Assembly (NCBI RefSeq): GCF_001194135.2
Contig: NC_068991.1
Location: 20,841,407 to 20,905,406, forward strand
Length of the DNA: 64,000 nucleotides
Source: Octopus bimaculoides
Lineage: Eukaryota
Direction of reading: 5' to 3'
The notes under the pieces are model-generated. The model was not told the origin of the DNA and ran no database searches. It worked only from the letters and a program-made list of their open reading frames with translations. Positions 13,452 to 27,635 of the stretch are shown here, piece after piece; the stretch's first letter is position 1, and the number at the start of each line of letters is the position of its first letter. A program made the position numbers and the translations under genes.

Positions 13452-15191
13452 TTAAGAGAAATTTGGTTGCCATTTTAGCAAGTCAAGAAATCATATAGAG
13501 ATTCTTTCATTGACTTGATGCAAAGGATGTACATACATGTACATATATACACATGCATACAAATATATAAGCACACACATCATTTAATGTCTGCTTCACG
13601 TGCTGGCATGGATTGGATGGTTTGACATGGAGCTGTCCAGACTTCAATTGTCTGTTGTGGCATGGTTTCTATGGCTGGATGCCCTTCCTAATGCCAACCA
13701 CTTGTCGTCTCCTCAGTGAGGCCTAGCATCCAAAGATCCTTTCTCATTACTTCACACACATATATACAAAAATAAACAGACATACACATATATGAATGAT
13801 TTATCATTATAATTTAACATTCATGTTCCCTGCTGGCACGGGCTGACAGGATCCAATGAGTCCAAAGACTGAATTATGCTCTAATACCTGCTTTGGCATG
13901 GTTTCTATGGCTGGATGCCCTTCTTAATGCCAACCACTTTATAGTGTGTACTGGGTACATTTTTTGTGCCACCAGCACTATTGAGCTTGCCTTGCAGCTT
14001 GAAAGACTATAAAGAAGGGAGACCGGTTTAATGTTGGAGGATGAGATGTTAAAGTATAAGAGAAAGGGAGCAGAAGAAGTTTCTGTACTAGAGCTGCATG
14101 GATACTCACATTTAGTAGGAGAGAGAGAGAGAGAGAAATGATCAGTGGGAGCTGCAAAGAGATAGATGTTTTATACAAACACACACACACAGTGGATTTT
14201 AATAGTATCTAAGATGTTGGAGAACTAGATCATGCTCCATTATCTTCTCTAGCATGGCTTTTACAACTGGGTGCTCTTCCCAATGCCAACCACTTTACAG
14301 AGTATAAACAATTGGACATGTGCATTTTCTGTGATGATTAGATAAGCAGTGCCAATTTTACAATTCTGTAAATAATAATATTTTATAAGGTTAATGCTTA
14401 TAAGCGATCACCATGTATTGGCTAAATAAAATAGTCCAATAGCCTAAAGAAAATAGTCTTATAAGTCCCAATATATANNNNNNNNNNNNNNNNNNNNNNN
14501 NNNNNNNNNNNNNNNNNNNNNNNNNNNNNNNNNNNNNNNNNNNNNNNNNNNNNNNNNNNNNNTATATATATATATATGTATGTATGTATCTTATATGCCC
14601 AAATACTAGACAGTGATCACTTATAAACTTTAAGCTTATAAAATATTATTATTACTTTATAGAATGTAATAAATGCCTTCTTCATGAGACCAGCACTAGT
14701 GAGGTTGTCATGTAGCTTGCAAGACTAAAATCCCTTTCAAATAAGTATGGCTACAATAGAGAAGGAGACAGCTTTATGCAAGGTTAAAAGTATAAGGGAA
14801 TGGGCTGGAACAGGCTTCTTGCCAAACAGGAGGTAGATGGCTGCTCACATTATACAAGAGTGGATGCAAGTAGTTGCTGTAGAACTGGGAAGAGCAATAA
14901 ATGGTGATGACAGGGTGTCAAAGTGAGTCCCAGGAGGAAGAGGAACAAGAAAAGAGGCTGGGTAGGGTTTGAAAGAGTGTATGGAGAGAGTGAGGGCAGG
15001 TTAGAGATGGGAGCTGGGGTGCAAATATACCAAATGAAGAACAAGGGTTGGGGTGGGAAAAGGATCGTTGATAAATGAGTTGGATGGAAGGGAGGGGAAA
15101 GTAGGTAACTAGATATTTCATAGGGTTGAAAGGTGTACATACTACATGTACGGAGGAGTGAAGGTACTGAATGTTGGAAGAGTGATCAATG

Positions 15192-15224
<33 letters not shown>

Positions 15225-15540
15225 NNNNNNNNNNNNNNNNNNNNNNNNNNNNNNNNNNNNNNNNNNNNNNNNNNNNNNNNNNNNNNNNNNNNNNNNNNNN
15301 NNNNNNNNNNNNNNNNNNNNNNNNNNNNNNNNNNNNNNNNNNNNNNNNNNNNNNNNNNNNNNNNNNNNNNNNNNNNNNNNNNNNNNNNNNNNNNNNNNNN
15401 NNNNNNNNNNNNNNNNNNNNNNNNNNNNNNNNNNNNNNNNNNNNNNNNNNNNNNNNNNNNNNNNNNNNNNNNNNNNNNNNNNNNNNNNNNNNNNNNNNNN
15501 NNNNNNNNNNNNNNNNNNNNNNNNNNNNNNNNNNNNNNNN

Positions 15541-15586
<46 letters not shown>

Positions 15587-16352
15587 TGGGGGGAAAAAGT
15601 CTGACTGGCAATAAAGAAGGTGCAAAGAACCTCAGAATAGTAGTAATACAGTAGACAGAAGAAGGATGGGAGGAGGAGGAAGATTACATGTTTTGCATGA
15701 GTGAGAGTGGAAAGACAGATACAGTGTGTGAGAAGAGTAAGAGATGTATGGCGATGAAGGTAAGTCAACAGAAATGATTCAGTAGAGGTGGGTGTTGAGA
15801 GAGTGAGAAATGTATGGTGATAGGGACAAGTCAACTAGAAGTGCTTTCGTAGAAAGAGAGCAGGTGAGATAATTTGGTAGCATAAGCAGGCTGAGTAAGC
15901 AATATATCTTTTATCTTTTAGTTTTGGTCATTGAACTATGGCTGTTGATCTGGTATAGGCCTTTTCCAGGGTCTCTTGCACTGTCATTAGGTGGTTGGTA
16001 AGGAAATTAGGAAAAGATGAATGGGTTGTATCTCAGCAGCTTCCATTGCTGACACTGCCAAATTGTACAATATTGTTATCGGGTGTCAAAATTATGATGG
16101 TATTTGGTCAACATCTGATGAAGGATCGAGCATGTTTGTGTCATCTGTTGTGTATTTTTTCAGTTTTTTTTTTTTTTTTGCCAAGTCTTTATCATCACTC
16201 TGTGCCATCTTTCTCATAAGTGTGTGTGTGTGTATGTGTGTGTATGCATGGGGGAACACACACACACACACACACAAATATAGTCAGGCCTGAGAATAAC
16301 TTCCTATTATTGCAGCTTTCTATTGCATAGTGCCAATTTACTTGATGCCCTA

Positions 16353-16755
16353 GGAGGCAAGCTGACAGAAACGTTAGCACGCCGGGCGAAATGCTTAGCA
16401 GTATTTCGTCTGCCGTTACGTTCTGAGTTCAAATTCCGCCAAGGTCGATTCTGCCTTTCATCCTTTCGGGGTCGATGAATTAAGTACCAGTTACACACTG
16501 GGTTTGATGTAATCGACTTAATCCCTTTGTCTGTCCTTGTTTGTCCCCTCTATGTTTAGCCCTCGTGGGCAATAAAGAAATAAGAAACGTTAGCACGCCG
16601 GGCAAAACACTTATCAGTATTTCGTCTGTCTTTACGTTCTGAGTTCAAATTCCACCTAGGTAGACTTTGCCTTTCATCCTTCTGGGGTCGATAAATGAAG
16701 TACCAGTTGCGTACTGGGGTCGATCTAATCGACTGGCTCCCTCCCCCAAAATTTN
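16353..16755 (+). mobile_element. SINE family D, head-to-tail dimer
   Basis: Two units of agaaacgttagcacgccgggc...ttctgagttcaaattcc...ctttgcctttcatcctttcggggtcgat...aagtaccagtt. Other copies lie at about 2730-2910, 4340-4780, 8660-8750, 24780-24930, 28670-28860 and 63160-63370. The central block may be the MetaSINE domain (unverified recollection). Confidence 0.8.
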
Positions 16756-16862
16756 NNNNNNNNNNNNNNNNNNNNNNNNNNNNNNNNNNNNNNNNNNNNN
16801 NNNNNNNNNNNNNNNNNNNNNNNNNNNNNNNNNNNNNNNNNNNNNNNNNNNNNNNNNNNNNN

Positions 16863-17186
16863 CCTGCTCGTGAAATTAACATGCAAGTGGCCGAGCACTC
16901 CACAGACACGTGTACCCTTAACGTAGTTCTCGGGGATATTCAGCGTGACACAGAGTGTGACAAGGCTGGCCCCTTTGAATTACAGGCACAACAGAAACAG
17001 GAAGAAAGAGTGAGAGAAAGTTGTGGTGGAAGAGTACAGCAGGGTTCGCCACCATCCCCTGCCGGAGCCTCGTGGAACTTTAGGTGTTTTTGCTCAATAA
17101 ACATTCACAACGCCCGGTCTGGGAATCGAAACCGCGATCCTATGACCGCGAGTCCGCTGCCCTAGCCACTGGACCATTGCGCCCCC
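16863..17186 (-). mobile_element. SINE family A (3' part in gap)
   Basis: Sequence similarity to the other family A copies. Confidence 0.88.
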
Positions 17187-18129
17187 ACGGTCCTGTATCA
17201 GGTACAATAGAAAGCACAGGCCCACGAGTATCACTTTGGAAATCTGGCCTATTTACTAGCAGTCACTGACTTCCTGTTGGGCTCATTCACAGGTATCAGA
17301 GTAGTGGTTAATAAAAACTCCTAAATTGTGATTTCTTCTTCTTTCCTCCCTCCAGCCAGTTTCAGAGGTGCTACAAATGTCATGAGCCGAGCTCATTCTC
17401 TTTTTGGTTTTAGGCATTCAACCATAACCTTAATAATAAATGCATGGTAAATTGTTCTGTTGGCAAACACGGTGAAAATGCTAGCAGTGGAATGGAACTC
17501 ACAACCCAGCGTGCAGATAGTGCAATACCCTAACCATTCAGCTATCTCTTCTCTCTCTCTCTCTCATTTTATAGATGATAAAGACTTTGTTGAAACAGAT
17601 TAGGATTTGGCAACTATAATGAGGAGAAAACAAAGTGAGTCATCATCATCATCATCATCATTATCATCATCATTATGTTATATAAAAGTACTCTTGCTAG
17701 CCTTAGCTTATTCTTTCAGAGTAGTGATGATGATGATGGTGGTGGTGGTGGTGGGAAGGATGGAATGCTGACATTGTTGGTTTTATACTTTCCATTATCT
17801 CCCCTATTTCAAACATAGACTTAGAATTGAAACTCCATTTTTCAATGAGTGAATGAATGTACATGTGTGTATCTATAAGTGTTTGTGTGTGTGAATGACC
17901 CGAGTGGAGGCACCTATATCTCCATGGGAAATAGAAAAATAAAGAGAAATAACTAAAAGAGTGGGGAAGGTGGTGGTGGTGGTTGGTAATGGTGGTAATG
18001 TAGTGTTATGGAGGGGGGGGATTGTAGCAGAGGGGGGATTAATGATTATAAATAAGTACAGAGATCTGCTGACCTGAAGAGAACACTGATAAGAAATGCA
18101 AATAGTCAAGTAGATAGCAAATATTAGTA

Positions 18130-18960
18130 ATAAATTTAGTAGTTGTGGGGGTACCGATAATGATGGTGATGGTGGTGGTGGTGGTGGTGGTGGTGGTGGT
18201 GNNNNNNNNNNNNNNNNNNNNNNNNNNNNNNNNNNNNNNNNNNNNNNNNNNNNNNNNNNNNNNNNNNNNNNNNNNNNNNNNNNNNNNNNNNNNNNNNNNN
18301 NNNNNNNNNNNNNNNNNNNNNNNNNNNNNNNNNNNNNNNNNNNNNGGTGGTAGCAGTGGTAATGACGGAAGTGGTGGTGGTGGTGGTGGCGGCAGTGGTG
18401 GTGGTGAGTGATGTGATAGGTGGAAGTTGTGGCACTACTAGTAAATGCTAGTGGGAGTGGTAGTTATAATGGTAGTAATAGTTAGTGGTGGTGGTGGTGG
18501 TGGTGATAATAGTAATGGTATGGTAGTGGTAATGGTGACAGCATAGCAGTGTGTGTGTGTGTGTGCAGTGGTTGTGATGTTGCTGATGGTAGTGGTGGTG
18601 GTATTGGTGATGGTGTTGGTGGTGGCATGTGGTAGTGGTAGTAGTGTTGGTAGTGGTGTTTTTTTTGTTGGTGGTGGGTGCTGGTAGCAGCAGTGGTGGT
18701 GTTAGTGGTAGTGGTGTTGGCAGTAGTTGTGGTGTTGGCAGTAGTGGTGGTGGTGTTGGTGGTAGTGATGGTGGTGTTATTAGTAGTGGTAATATATGCA
18801 GCAGTGGTGGTGGCGTTGGCAGTGGTGGTGGCGTTGGCAGTAGTGGTGGTGATGTTGGTGATAGTGGTGGTGCTGTTGGTGGTGTTGGTGATAGTGGTTG
18901 TGATGTTGCTGATGGCAGTGGCTGTGATGGTAGTGGTGGCGCCTGTAGTAATGATGTCAT
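18130..18960. repeat. Degenerate (GGT)/(GTA) trinucleotide low-complexity tract
   Basis: Direct reading. Similar tracts lie at 8490-8650 and 62651-62970. Confidence 0.9.
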
Positions 18961-19014
18961 AGTGACAGCGGTAATAGTGAGTTTAATAAATATTGATGAA
19001 TACAGAAGTATAAG

Positions 19015-19094
<80 letters not shown>

Positions 19095-19104
19095 NNNNNN
19101 NNNN

Positions 19105-19146
<42 letters not shown>

Positions 19147-19789
19147 GACACACACATATATATATATATATATACATATATATACATATATATACACATA
19201 TATATATATAACTAATTAACTAACTGATGTTGAGGATAACAGCAGTCGTAGTGGTGGCCAGGACTGGATTAACTATAAAACAAAATCAGCACGTGTTTAG
19301 TGCAACAAGAGAAAAGCAGGTACTTGGGAACCGGATTTATATTCCTCACGGTGCAAATAGTGCAGCTGAATTTGCAGTTTTTCTTGTTCCTCAAGGGACA
19401 AGTAAATATTTTGCATATATTGTTACTGCTATGTAAGGTAATTGAAAAGAACAAAAAAAAAAGTCATATTTAATATATTTAGGGGAGAGGGGTCAGAGAG
19501 GTCTGGTCTGGTCTGGTCTGGTCTGGAAGAAAATTGAGTGTTCAATTTATAGTTTTGCATTCAGCTGTTATATCTCAACCCTTTTGACACCAATCTGCTT
19601 GAAATAGTCCCCCTTCACCATTGTCCCCGCTCAGTTTTCGTGAAACAAACTTCCTGCCTTACCTCTTTACCATTCAGATTACATTGACCAATGTAATGTT
19701 TATTTATTCACATTGCTTTCAATAAATCATGCAATTACCTCATAACTCTGAGATTTTGATGGTGCGATAGTTTTTATTTTTATTCTTTT

Positions 19790-20634
19790 ATTCTTTGACT
19801 TGTTTCAGTCATTTGACAGCGACCATACCGGAGCACTGCTTTGAAGGGCTTTAGTCGAATGAATTAACCCCAAGGCTTATATTTTCTTTAAAGCCTAGTA
19901 CTTATGCAATCAGTCGCTTTTGCTGAACTGCTAAGTTACGGGGATGTAAACACACCAACACCAGTTGTCAAGCAGTGTTGGTGGGGACAAACACAGGCTA
20001 CAAAGACACACATACATATATATACATATATGTATACATATATATAATCATTATCATCATCATCATCATCATCATCATCGTTTAACGTCCGCTTTCCATG
20101 CTAGCATGGGTTGGACGATTTGACTGAGGACTGGTGAAACCGGATGGCAACACCAGGCTCCAGTCTGATTTGGCAGAGTTTCTACAGCTGGATGCCCTTC
20201 CTAACGCCAACCACTCAGAGTGTAGTGGGTGCTTTTACGTGTCACCCGCACGAAAACGGCCACGCTCGAAATGGTGTCTTTTATGTGCCNNNNNNNNNNN
20301 NNNNNNNNNNNNNNNNNNNNNNNNNNNNNNNNNNNNNNNNNNNNNNNNNNNNNNNNNNNNNNNNNNNNNNNNNNNNNNNNNNNNNNNNNNNNNNNNNNNN
20401 NNNNNNNNNNNNNNNNNNNNNNNNNNNNNNNNNNNNNNNNNNNNNNNNNNNNNNNNNNNNNNNNNNNNNNNNNNNNNNNNNNNNNNNNNNNNNNNNNNNN
20501 NNNNNNNNNNNNNNNNNNNNNNNNNNNNNNNNNNNNNNNNNNNNNNNNNNNNNNNNNNNNNNNNNNNNNNNNNNNNNNNNNNNNNNNNNNNNNNNNNNNN
20601 NNNNNNNNNNNNNNNNNNNNNNNNNNNNNNNNNN

Positions 20635-20683
<49 letters not shown>

Positions 20684-20835
20684 ACATATATATATATATA
20701 TATGTGTGTGTGACGGGTTTCTTTCAGAGCCCGAGGCTATAGTAGAAAACACTTGCCCTAGGTGCCATGCAGTGAGACTGAACTCAGAACCATATGGTTG
20801 GAAGGCAAGCTTCTTACCACAAAGTCACACCTGCA
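19790..20835 (-). mobile_element. Composite SINE B/C with a family E copy (about 20045-20289) nested in its internal microsatellite
   Basis: C tail at about 19790-20020 and B head at about 20700-20835; the E copy and a gap lie between them. Confidence 0.75.
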
Positions 20836-22019
20836 ACACCTGCACATAGAATGATAATTGCAGGGTAGGTGTGAGGGGCCAGACCCAGCTGGTTTCAGCA
20901 CAGAACAGGTAGAATATTTGGGCCAGATATGGCCAGTTTAAATGGCCATATCAATTCAGTTGATAATGACTATATTACTTTACTAAATTCTTCTTTCTTT
21001 TCAAAATGATTAGAAACAGCGTCAATGTATTTCAATATAAATATAGCAACAAAAATGCTAACGACACGTCAGCTATATGACAGAAGGGTTCCCATGCTTA
21101 GGGCATCAGTTGGCCTTACTTCAGCCTTAGTATAGTAATTGTGATTACAAAAAAAAAAACATTTTGATAAACATATTTTAATACTCTGTGGAGGTGCATG
21201 GTGTAATAGTTAGGATGTTGCAACTCACAAACTTGCAGTCATGGATTTGATTCCAAGATTAGCAGTACATTGTATTCTTGAGCAAAGCATTTCATTTTAT
21301 GATGCTTCAATCTACCTAGCTGTAAATGGGTTACCCTGCAATGGACTGGAGTTCAGGGGAGTATATCCCAAGTGTCCTAGGTGTGAGCTGCATTCCATCA
21401 AAAATGGAAAATTCACCATAAATATTAACTTTACTTGGAACTTTTTGTTGAAACTCTGCTTGAAATTTGGTCGCATTGGGCGTGACAACACACCCAATAC
21501 GACAACCACCACATGCCACTGCTAGAGTTCCATTCACAGGGAATGTTGGCCAGCATGCCTTCCCAGCTGGCAGAGTGGAATCATTCGAAAGCTACAATGC
21601 GAGGAACCACATTGTGACCATCAATGTATAACAACATTTGATAATCTTAGTCAATGTAGCGATTCAGTGATTTTGATACTCTTTTCTCAGTACTGAGTAC
21701 TTGTTTTTATACTTCCTTTTTACACCAAAGACTTTACATTTGAAGTGCTTACGTGTGTGTTTGTGTGTGTGCGTGCGCATGTGCATACGCGCATGCGTAC
21801 ATGTGTAATATTTCATAAAATTATATACTTAATCTTATCAGTTATTTGGCTAAATATACTTATAGATCCATAAATGTAACTCTCAAGTGCCGTAAATTAG
21901 TAATACATTGGGTTGAGCGTTTCCTCAGTTAAAAGATTAGGCTTCAATAGATAAAGAAAGAAAATTGTGCAAATGGAAAAAAAAATATTGGTATCAAGAA
22001 TAGAGGGAAAAACTAAAAG

Positions 22020-22371
22020 TGTAGAAAAGAACAGACTGCACTAGGTAGACAAGGTATACAAATATACAAAACAGCAACCAAATAGTGGTGAGAATCACAA
22101 CACCTCCTGTGAGAAGAGACTTGACCGAATGACTATAAACAGTAGCGATCTGAGTGAGGCAGTGTAGGCATTAATCATACAAAGTCAAAAGGTGTCATTT
22201 TGGTAGTTTGTTGGAACATCGTTTGTTGGTTCATGTATAGTTTGCACGGAGTTTGTTGGATTGTTACATTGTTGTTAACCCTGCTCTGTTATATGTTTTA
22301 TTGTTACTACAATTATAGTGTAAAAAAGTATTGTTATAAATAATGGCGATACTACAATAACTGGCGATGAG
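22020..22371 (+). mobile_element. Probable Gypsy-type 5' LTR plus primer-binding site, with the rest lost
   Basis: TGTAG...CTACA termini (22020-22356), followed by TGGCGATGAG (22362-22371), resembling the TGGCGACGAG PBS of Gypsy elements. Confidence 0.5.
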
Positions 22372-22619
22372 TAACTAAGTTATAATAATATATCAAATGA
22401 TTATATACAAAATGATAACAAGCAGATGAACAGAGGTATGTCTGTCTGAATGATTGCACCTATTTGTTTGTGTGTGTATTTGCGTGTGCTTTAGAAAGAG
22501 AGGTTTTGATGTGGGTGAATTTTCTGGGTCATCCCTTCCACACACACACACACACACAAATACCAGTTTGTTCCACCCCTTCCCTCCCAGTATCACTTCC
22601 TTACCTCATCACATTAGAA

Positions 22620-22656
<37 letters not shown>

Positions 22657-23399
22657 AACTACCATTAGATTGTTACAAAAAGTGTGGTCACGTTGAGCAA
22701 TTACATAGAATTTTTCTCTCTTCTCCTACCTTATAACTCATAATTTAGTAGGTTACATTTAACTTAGTGGCTTGATACATATTGCTTTTGATACTGCTGT
22801 TTAAACACAGGTTACCCATGACTAAGAAGACCTATGGTCAAATGTATTCTAGCAATGACCAATGAGTAGTGTATATCTAAGCTTACAATAGTATGTGTCA
22901 ACATTTATATTATATAATTGACGAAGGGAAACTACTTTCTCGTCAAAAGAAGTTAATAGGTTGATCTACAGAATAAACTCATCTTTTCACCAGATCCATA
23001 CTGCAAATGATAACAGCTGTTCAACCTAAACCCACAAATTGACAATGACAAACTGAAGAGATGTCTACTAAAAAGATATATCACATGTTTGTTATTGGAA
23101 AGAATCAGTTGCTAGTGGCTTTAACAAGAACATGCCTGTAGAGTTTATCTTGAAAAGGTTAAGACGCTCTACAGCAATACCATACCAAGGATGTTTGGCA
23201 ATTGTCCAAAATCCCTGATGTGAAAGTACTCATGGCTACTCAGAATCACTCCTGCATTGTTATTACCCATACCCTCTACAAAATGAGGGTTGATATTCCA
23301 CTAACCATACAGATTTGCTGACAGAGAGCCGTGAGTACCTGGATATACAGTAGATGTCCAATACCCAGCTATGGTCTGTTCTTCACCCAGGACTACATC

Positions 23400-23880
23400 T
23401 TGGTCAAAGAGATGAGCTACAGGATGTGTCACACAAGCATTTATAACACTCAGTTTACCAATGTTGTGAGCCAGGAACCTCTAGACATGCCATGCGAGTG
23501 TGTCATCGGCCACAGCATATGGACTTTCCTGACCACAAACATTGACCACAAACATCGTGTCACACAAACACTGACCACAAACATTGTGTCGCACAAACAG
23601 TTGTTACACTTTGTTTAACATTGTTGCGAACCAGGAACCTCTACAGACATATCATACCAGGGTGTCATTATCTACAGCATAGGGCCCTTCCTGACCACTA
23701 ACAATGTGTCAGACAAAAACTGATCACACTTTGTTTACCATTGTTGTGAGCCAGGAATCTCTAGAGATGTCATGCCAATATATCATCAACTACAGCATCC
23801 CAAGACATCCTATCTACCCCACCACTTGCCACCCACACGCAGGGTAACTGTTGGCAGCATTCGGACCTTCATGACTGGCA
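23400..23880. repeat. Degenerate minisatellite, about 3 units of 120-160 bp
   Basis: Recurrent tgtgtc.cacaaac...tttacca.tgttgtgagccaggaacctcta...cacagcat...ttcctgaccac at about 23425, 23585 and 23705. Confidence 0.7.
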
Positions 23881-26613
23881 GTACTTGTCACTTCCAGACG
23901 AAACAAAACAGTGAGCACACCAAACAGGTCAGAAGTTTCCATGCACAAGGTACAATTGTCAGGTGGTAATACATCACCAAATAATTAACACCCATCATGT
24001 CACCTACATTAGTTGAAAATATTCAATTCGATAATTCCCACCAAGCAGTAACGACCGCGATAAGCACACTACAATGATTTCACCCTCTTCAGCCATCATC
24101 TCTTCCTACTCTCTCATCTCTTCATTGATAGTGTTTCAATTTGAAGTATTCTCTTCAGCTGAATAATCAAATTTTCAATAAAACAGCCAGGGGGGAGGAG
24201 TCACAGTCAAGTGAAAATCGGCTTCCATCTGCTTAGTCATCAATGCTCCCATCGCACCTCAACCCCCACATCACTGATATCTACATGTAAGACCTTCCAG
24301 ATCAAAGTATGAATACCCCACCGCGTGTGTGTGTGTATGTGCATGCACATGTATTTGTGCATGTATATATACACGTGTGAGTGTGTGTGTTTGTGTGTGT
24401 GTTCACACATATACATAAGCACACACCCACACATAGACATAACATTTTCACTGCTAGTTTGAATGCAGTAATAAGACAGACAACCCCGATGGCTGCCGCG
24501 AGATCAAAGAGAGCAAAGCGTTAGTCTAGATATGTATTGTAAAATAAACACTTGAGAGATGAAACCAATAATTACAAATAATTATAACCTCGTTAACAAC
24601 TTGTTTCAGATATTTAAACATGTAATACAGAATTATATCCTGCTTCTCTTTAACCTGGCTTGGTTTGTCATTGTAATCAGTCATAACCAAGTAACTACAG
24701 CAGCTGTAAAGTAATTGTCATCTACATAATGACATGATGCTTACATAAGATTCTTATTTTAATATTTAACCCTTTTCAGGTGGTGAGCTGACAGAATCAT
24801 TGGCACACCAGACAAAGTGCTTAGCAGTATTTCATCTGTCTCTCTTTTCTGAGTCCAAAATCCACTGAGGTCGGCATCGCATTTCATCATTTCAGAGGTT
24901 AATAAAATAAATATCAGTCAGGTACTGGAGACAGTGCTGGATTAACCATAAAGCAAAATAAGCAGATGCTTAGGACATCAAGGCATGGGGGCATCACAGA
25001 AATGAAAATGGCTTATGGCATGAAAGAAATCACTTTAAACTTGCTAAAACAATATTCGTAATGCCTTGTCTCTTCTAAGTATAGAATCACAAGGTTCATG
25101 TAAAATTAATTTTAACGATATCATTGAAGATTTTGCAATTAACAAAAAAAAAAAAAAAAAAAAAANNNNNNNNNNNNNNNNNNNNNNNNNNNNNNNNNNN
25201 NNNNNNNNNNNNNNNNNNNNNNNNNNNNNNNNNNNNNNNNNNNNNNNNNNNNNNNNNNNNNNNNNNNNNNNNNNNNNNNNNNNNNNNNNNNNNNNNNNNN
25301 NNNNNNNNNNNNNNNNNNNNNNNNNNNNNNNNNNNNNNNNNNNNNNNNNNNNNNNNNNNNNNNNNNNNNNNNNNNNNNNNNNNNNNNNNNNNNNNNNNNN
25401 NNNNNNNNNNNNNNNNNNNNNNNNNNNNNNNNNNNNNNNNNNNNNNNNNNNNNNNNNNNNNNNNNNNNNNNNNNNNNNNNNNNNNNNNNNNNNNNNNNNN
25501 NNNNNNNNNNNNNNNNNNNNNNNNNNNNNNNNNNNNNNNNNNNNNNNNNNNNNNNNNNNNNNNNNNNNNNNNNNNNNNNNNNNNNNNNNNNNNNNNNNNN
25601 NNNNNNNNNNNNNNNNNNNNNNNNNNNNNNNNNNGGCATCGTATGTGTGTCTGTGTAATGGGGAGGGGGGGGAGATAATGATGCAAAATAAACAGATGTA
25701 GTCTCTCTCTCTCTTTCTATATATATATATATATACATATAGGTGCAGGAGTAGCAGTGTGGTAAGAAGTTTGCTTCCCAACCACATTGTTCCGGGTTCA
25801 GTCCCACGGCATGGCACCTTGGGCAAGTGTCTTCTACTATAGCTTTGGGCTGACCAAAGCCTTGGGGTTTTATTCTTGTCCTTTTTTTTTTTTTTGCAGA
25901 GAGCATGACAGTATATCTTGGACACTTGTCCATGTAATTTTGCTCACCATGTTCTAAAATGGTTAGCCAACATCACTCCATAGTGAGCTTAGGGCTGGTG
26001 TCCCAATTCCTCTGGTGTGTACATCACTCCTTGGACAGGATGCCAGTCTGTTGCAGGATTACTCATTTTTCCCAGTTGAATGAACTGGAGCAATGTGGAA
26101 TGAAGTGTTTTGCTCAAGAACACTGCATCACATGGTGCAGGTATCGAAACCACAATCTTACAATAATGAGTCCAACACCCTAATTTGAGGAAGGGCTAAC
26201 TGATATTTCTAGCAGACCAAGCAACCACAAAGAGGTTCTTTTTTGTAAACCATTTCATTATAAGAAATTTTGAAGCCCACATTTTTTCCAGCATTTGATC
26301 AACTTTCACTCCCATCTCACTGAGAGATAAGCCCTCAAAAGGGATAGCTTCAAAGGCCTAGCATAATAACTTCCTTTGTACTGATAGAATACCAGTCAAA
26401 TAATGAGGTTCATTGCTCTCTCTCTCTCTCTCTTGCTCTGTATGTCTGTCTGTCTGTCTTTCTCTCTCTCTCTCTTGCTCTGTCTGTCTTTCTCTCTCTC
26501 TAATGTATGTATTTATATCGTTGTCATCAGTCAGGATTACCTATGAGAAAGACCATGGGGTATCACACACAACAGCCCTTTTTCCAGAAATGAAGAAGAG
26601 GTGTACAGGGATC

Positions 26614-26845
26614 TATTGGGTTGCCCGGAAAGTTCGTGCCGATTTTTAAAGGAAAGAAAAAAGTCAATAAATACTTGCCGTTACATTGTTAATCAACCAA
26701 ATACGAACCATTTTGTTGCACAATGAGTCTCCATCTTTCCTTTAACTTGAAAATACCCTCTTTCCAGAATCGAGGTGGTTTCATGGCAAATAAGTCGAAA
26801 GGTAAGCTACTATGAATCGGCAAGAACTTTCCGGACAACCTAATA
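26614..26845 (-). mobile_element. Internally deleted mariner element (MITE-like) with TA TSD
   Basis: Ends tattgggttgcccggaaagttcgtgccgatt and aatcggcaagaactttccggacaacctaata are inverted (3 mismatches in 31 nt, including the TA). The interior encodes a mariner C-terminus, FWKEGIFKLKERWRLIVQQNGSY. Confidence 0.88.
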
Positions 26846-27635
26846 GTAACCCCATCTCTTGTCTGACATTGCATCAATATGATGTACAGTATCAAACAAT
26901 ACTCTTTTACCTGTTTCAGTCCTTTTGACTGCAGCCATGCTGGAGCACCGCCTTTAGTCGAGCAAATCTACCCCAGGACTTATTCTTTGTAAGCCTACTA
27001 CTTATTCTATCGGTCTCTATTGCCGAACCGCTAGTTGACAGGGACATAAACACACCAGCATCAGTTGTCAAGCGATGTTGGGGGGACAAACACAGACACA
27101 CAAACACACACACACAAACATATATACATATACATATATACGACGGGCTTCTTTCAGTTTCCGTCTACCAAATCCACTCACAAGGCTTTGGTCGGCCTGA
27201 GGCTATAGTAGAAGACACCTGTTCTCAGGAAATACAAACCAATTTGGAATGGTGGAAAAGAAGACATCAAAACAAGACTGGCAAGACATTTTCTTTGATA
27301 CAATAGCTGCAATTTTGCAATACCTTATTTATTTTCTCAATCACAGCTAAATGACAGCAGATTTTTACTTTCTTTAATTTGCTCTGTACATCTGCAAGCC
27401 AAAACATTGTTAGTTATAGATTTCTAATAGATCAATCACAGGTTCATAGGAGTTGCTTTATTCAAAGAAACTTTTCACTGAGCCGTATTTATCAAGTGGT
27501 GAGTGTTAGCAATTATATAAAAAAGAGAAAAAAAAAACAGCCCCACCCATGATATTATGAAGAAAACTTACATTAACAAGTTATAAAAACAAATAGTTGT
27601 GCTACAGCCTAACCCTAACCCACATTGGAAATATG

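Noticed and set aside
18448-19219. Gly/Ser/Val-rich or Pro/Thr-rich mucin-like ORFs
   Set aside because: Degenerate trinucleotide tract without credible splice context; open on both strands.
27606-27622. Telomere-like CCTAACCCTAACCC
   Set aside because: Only about two units; no evidence of an interstitial telomere.
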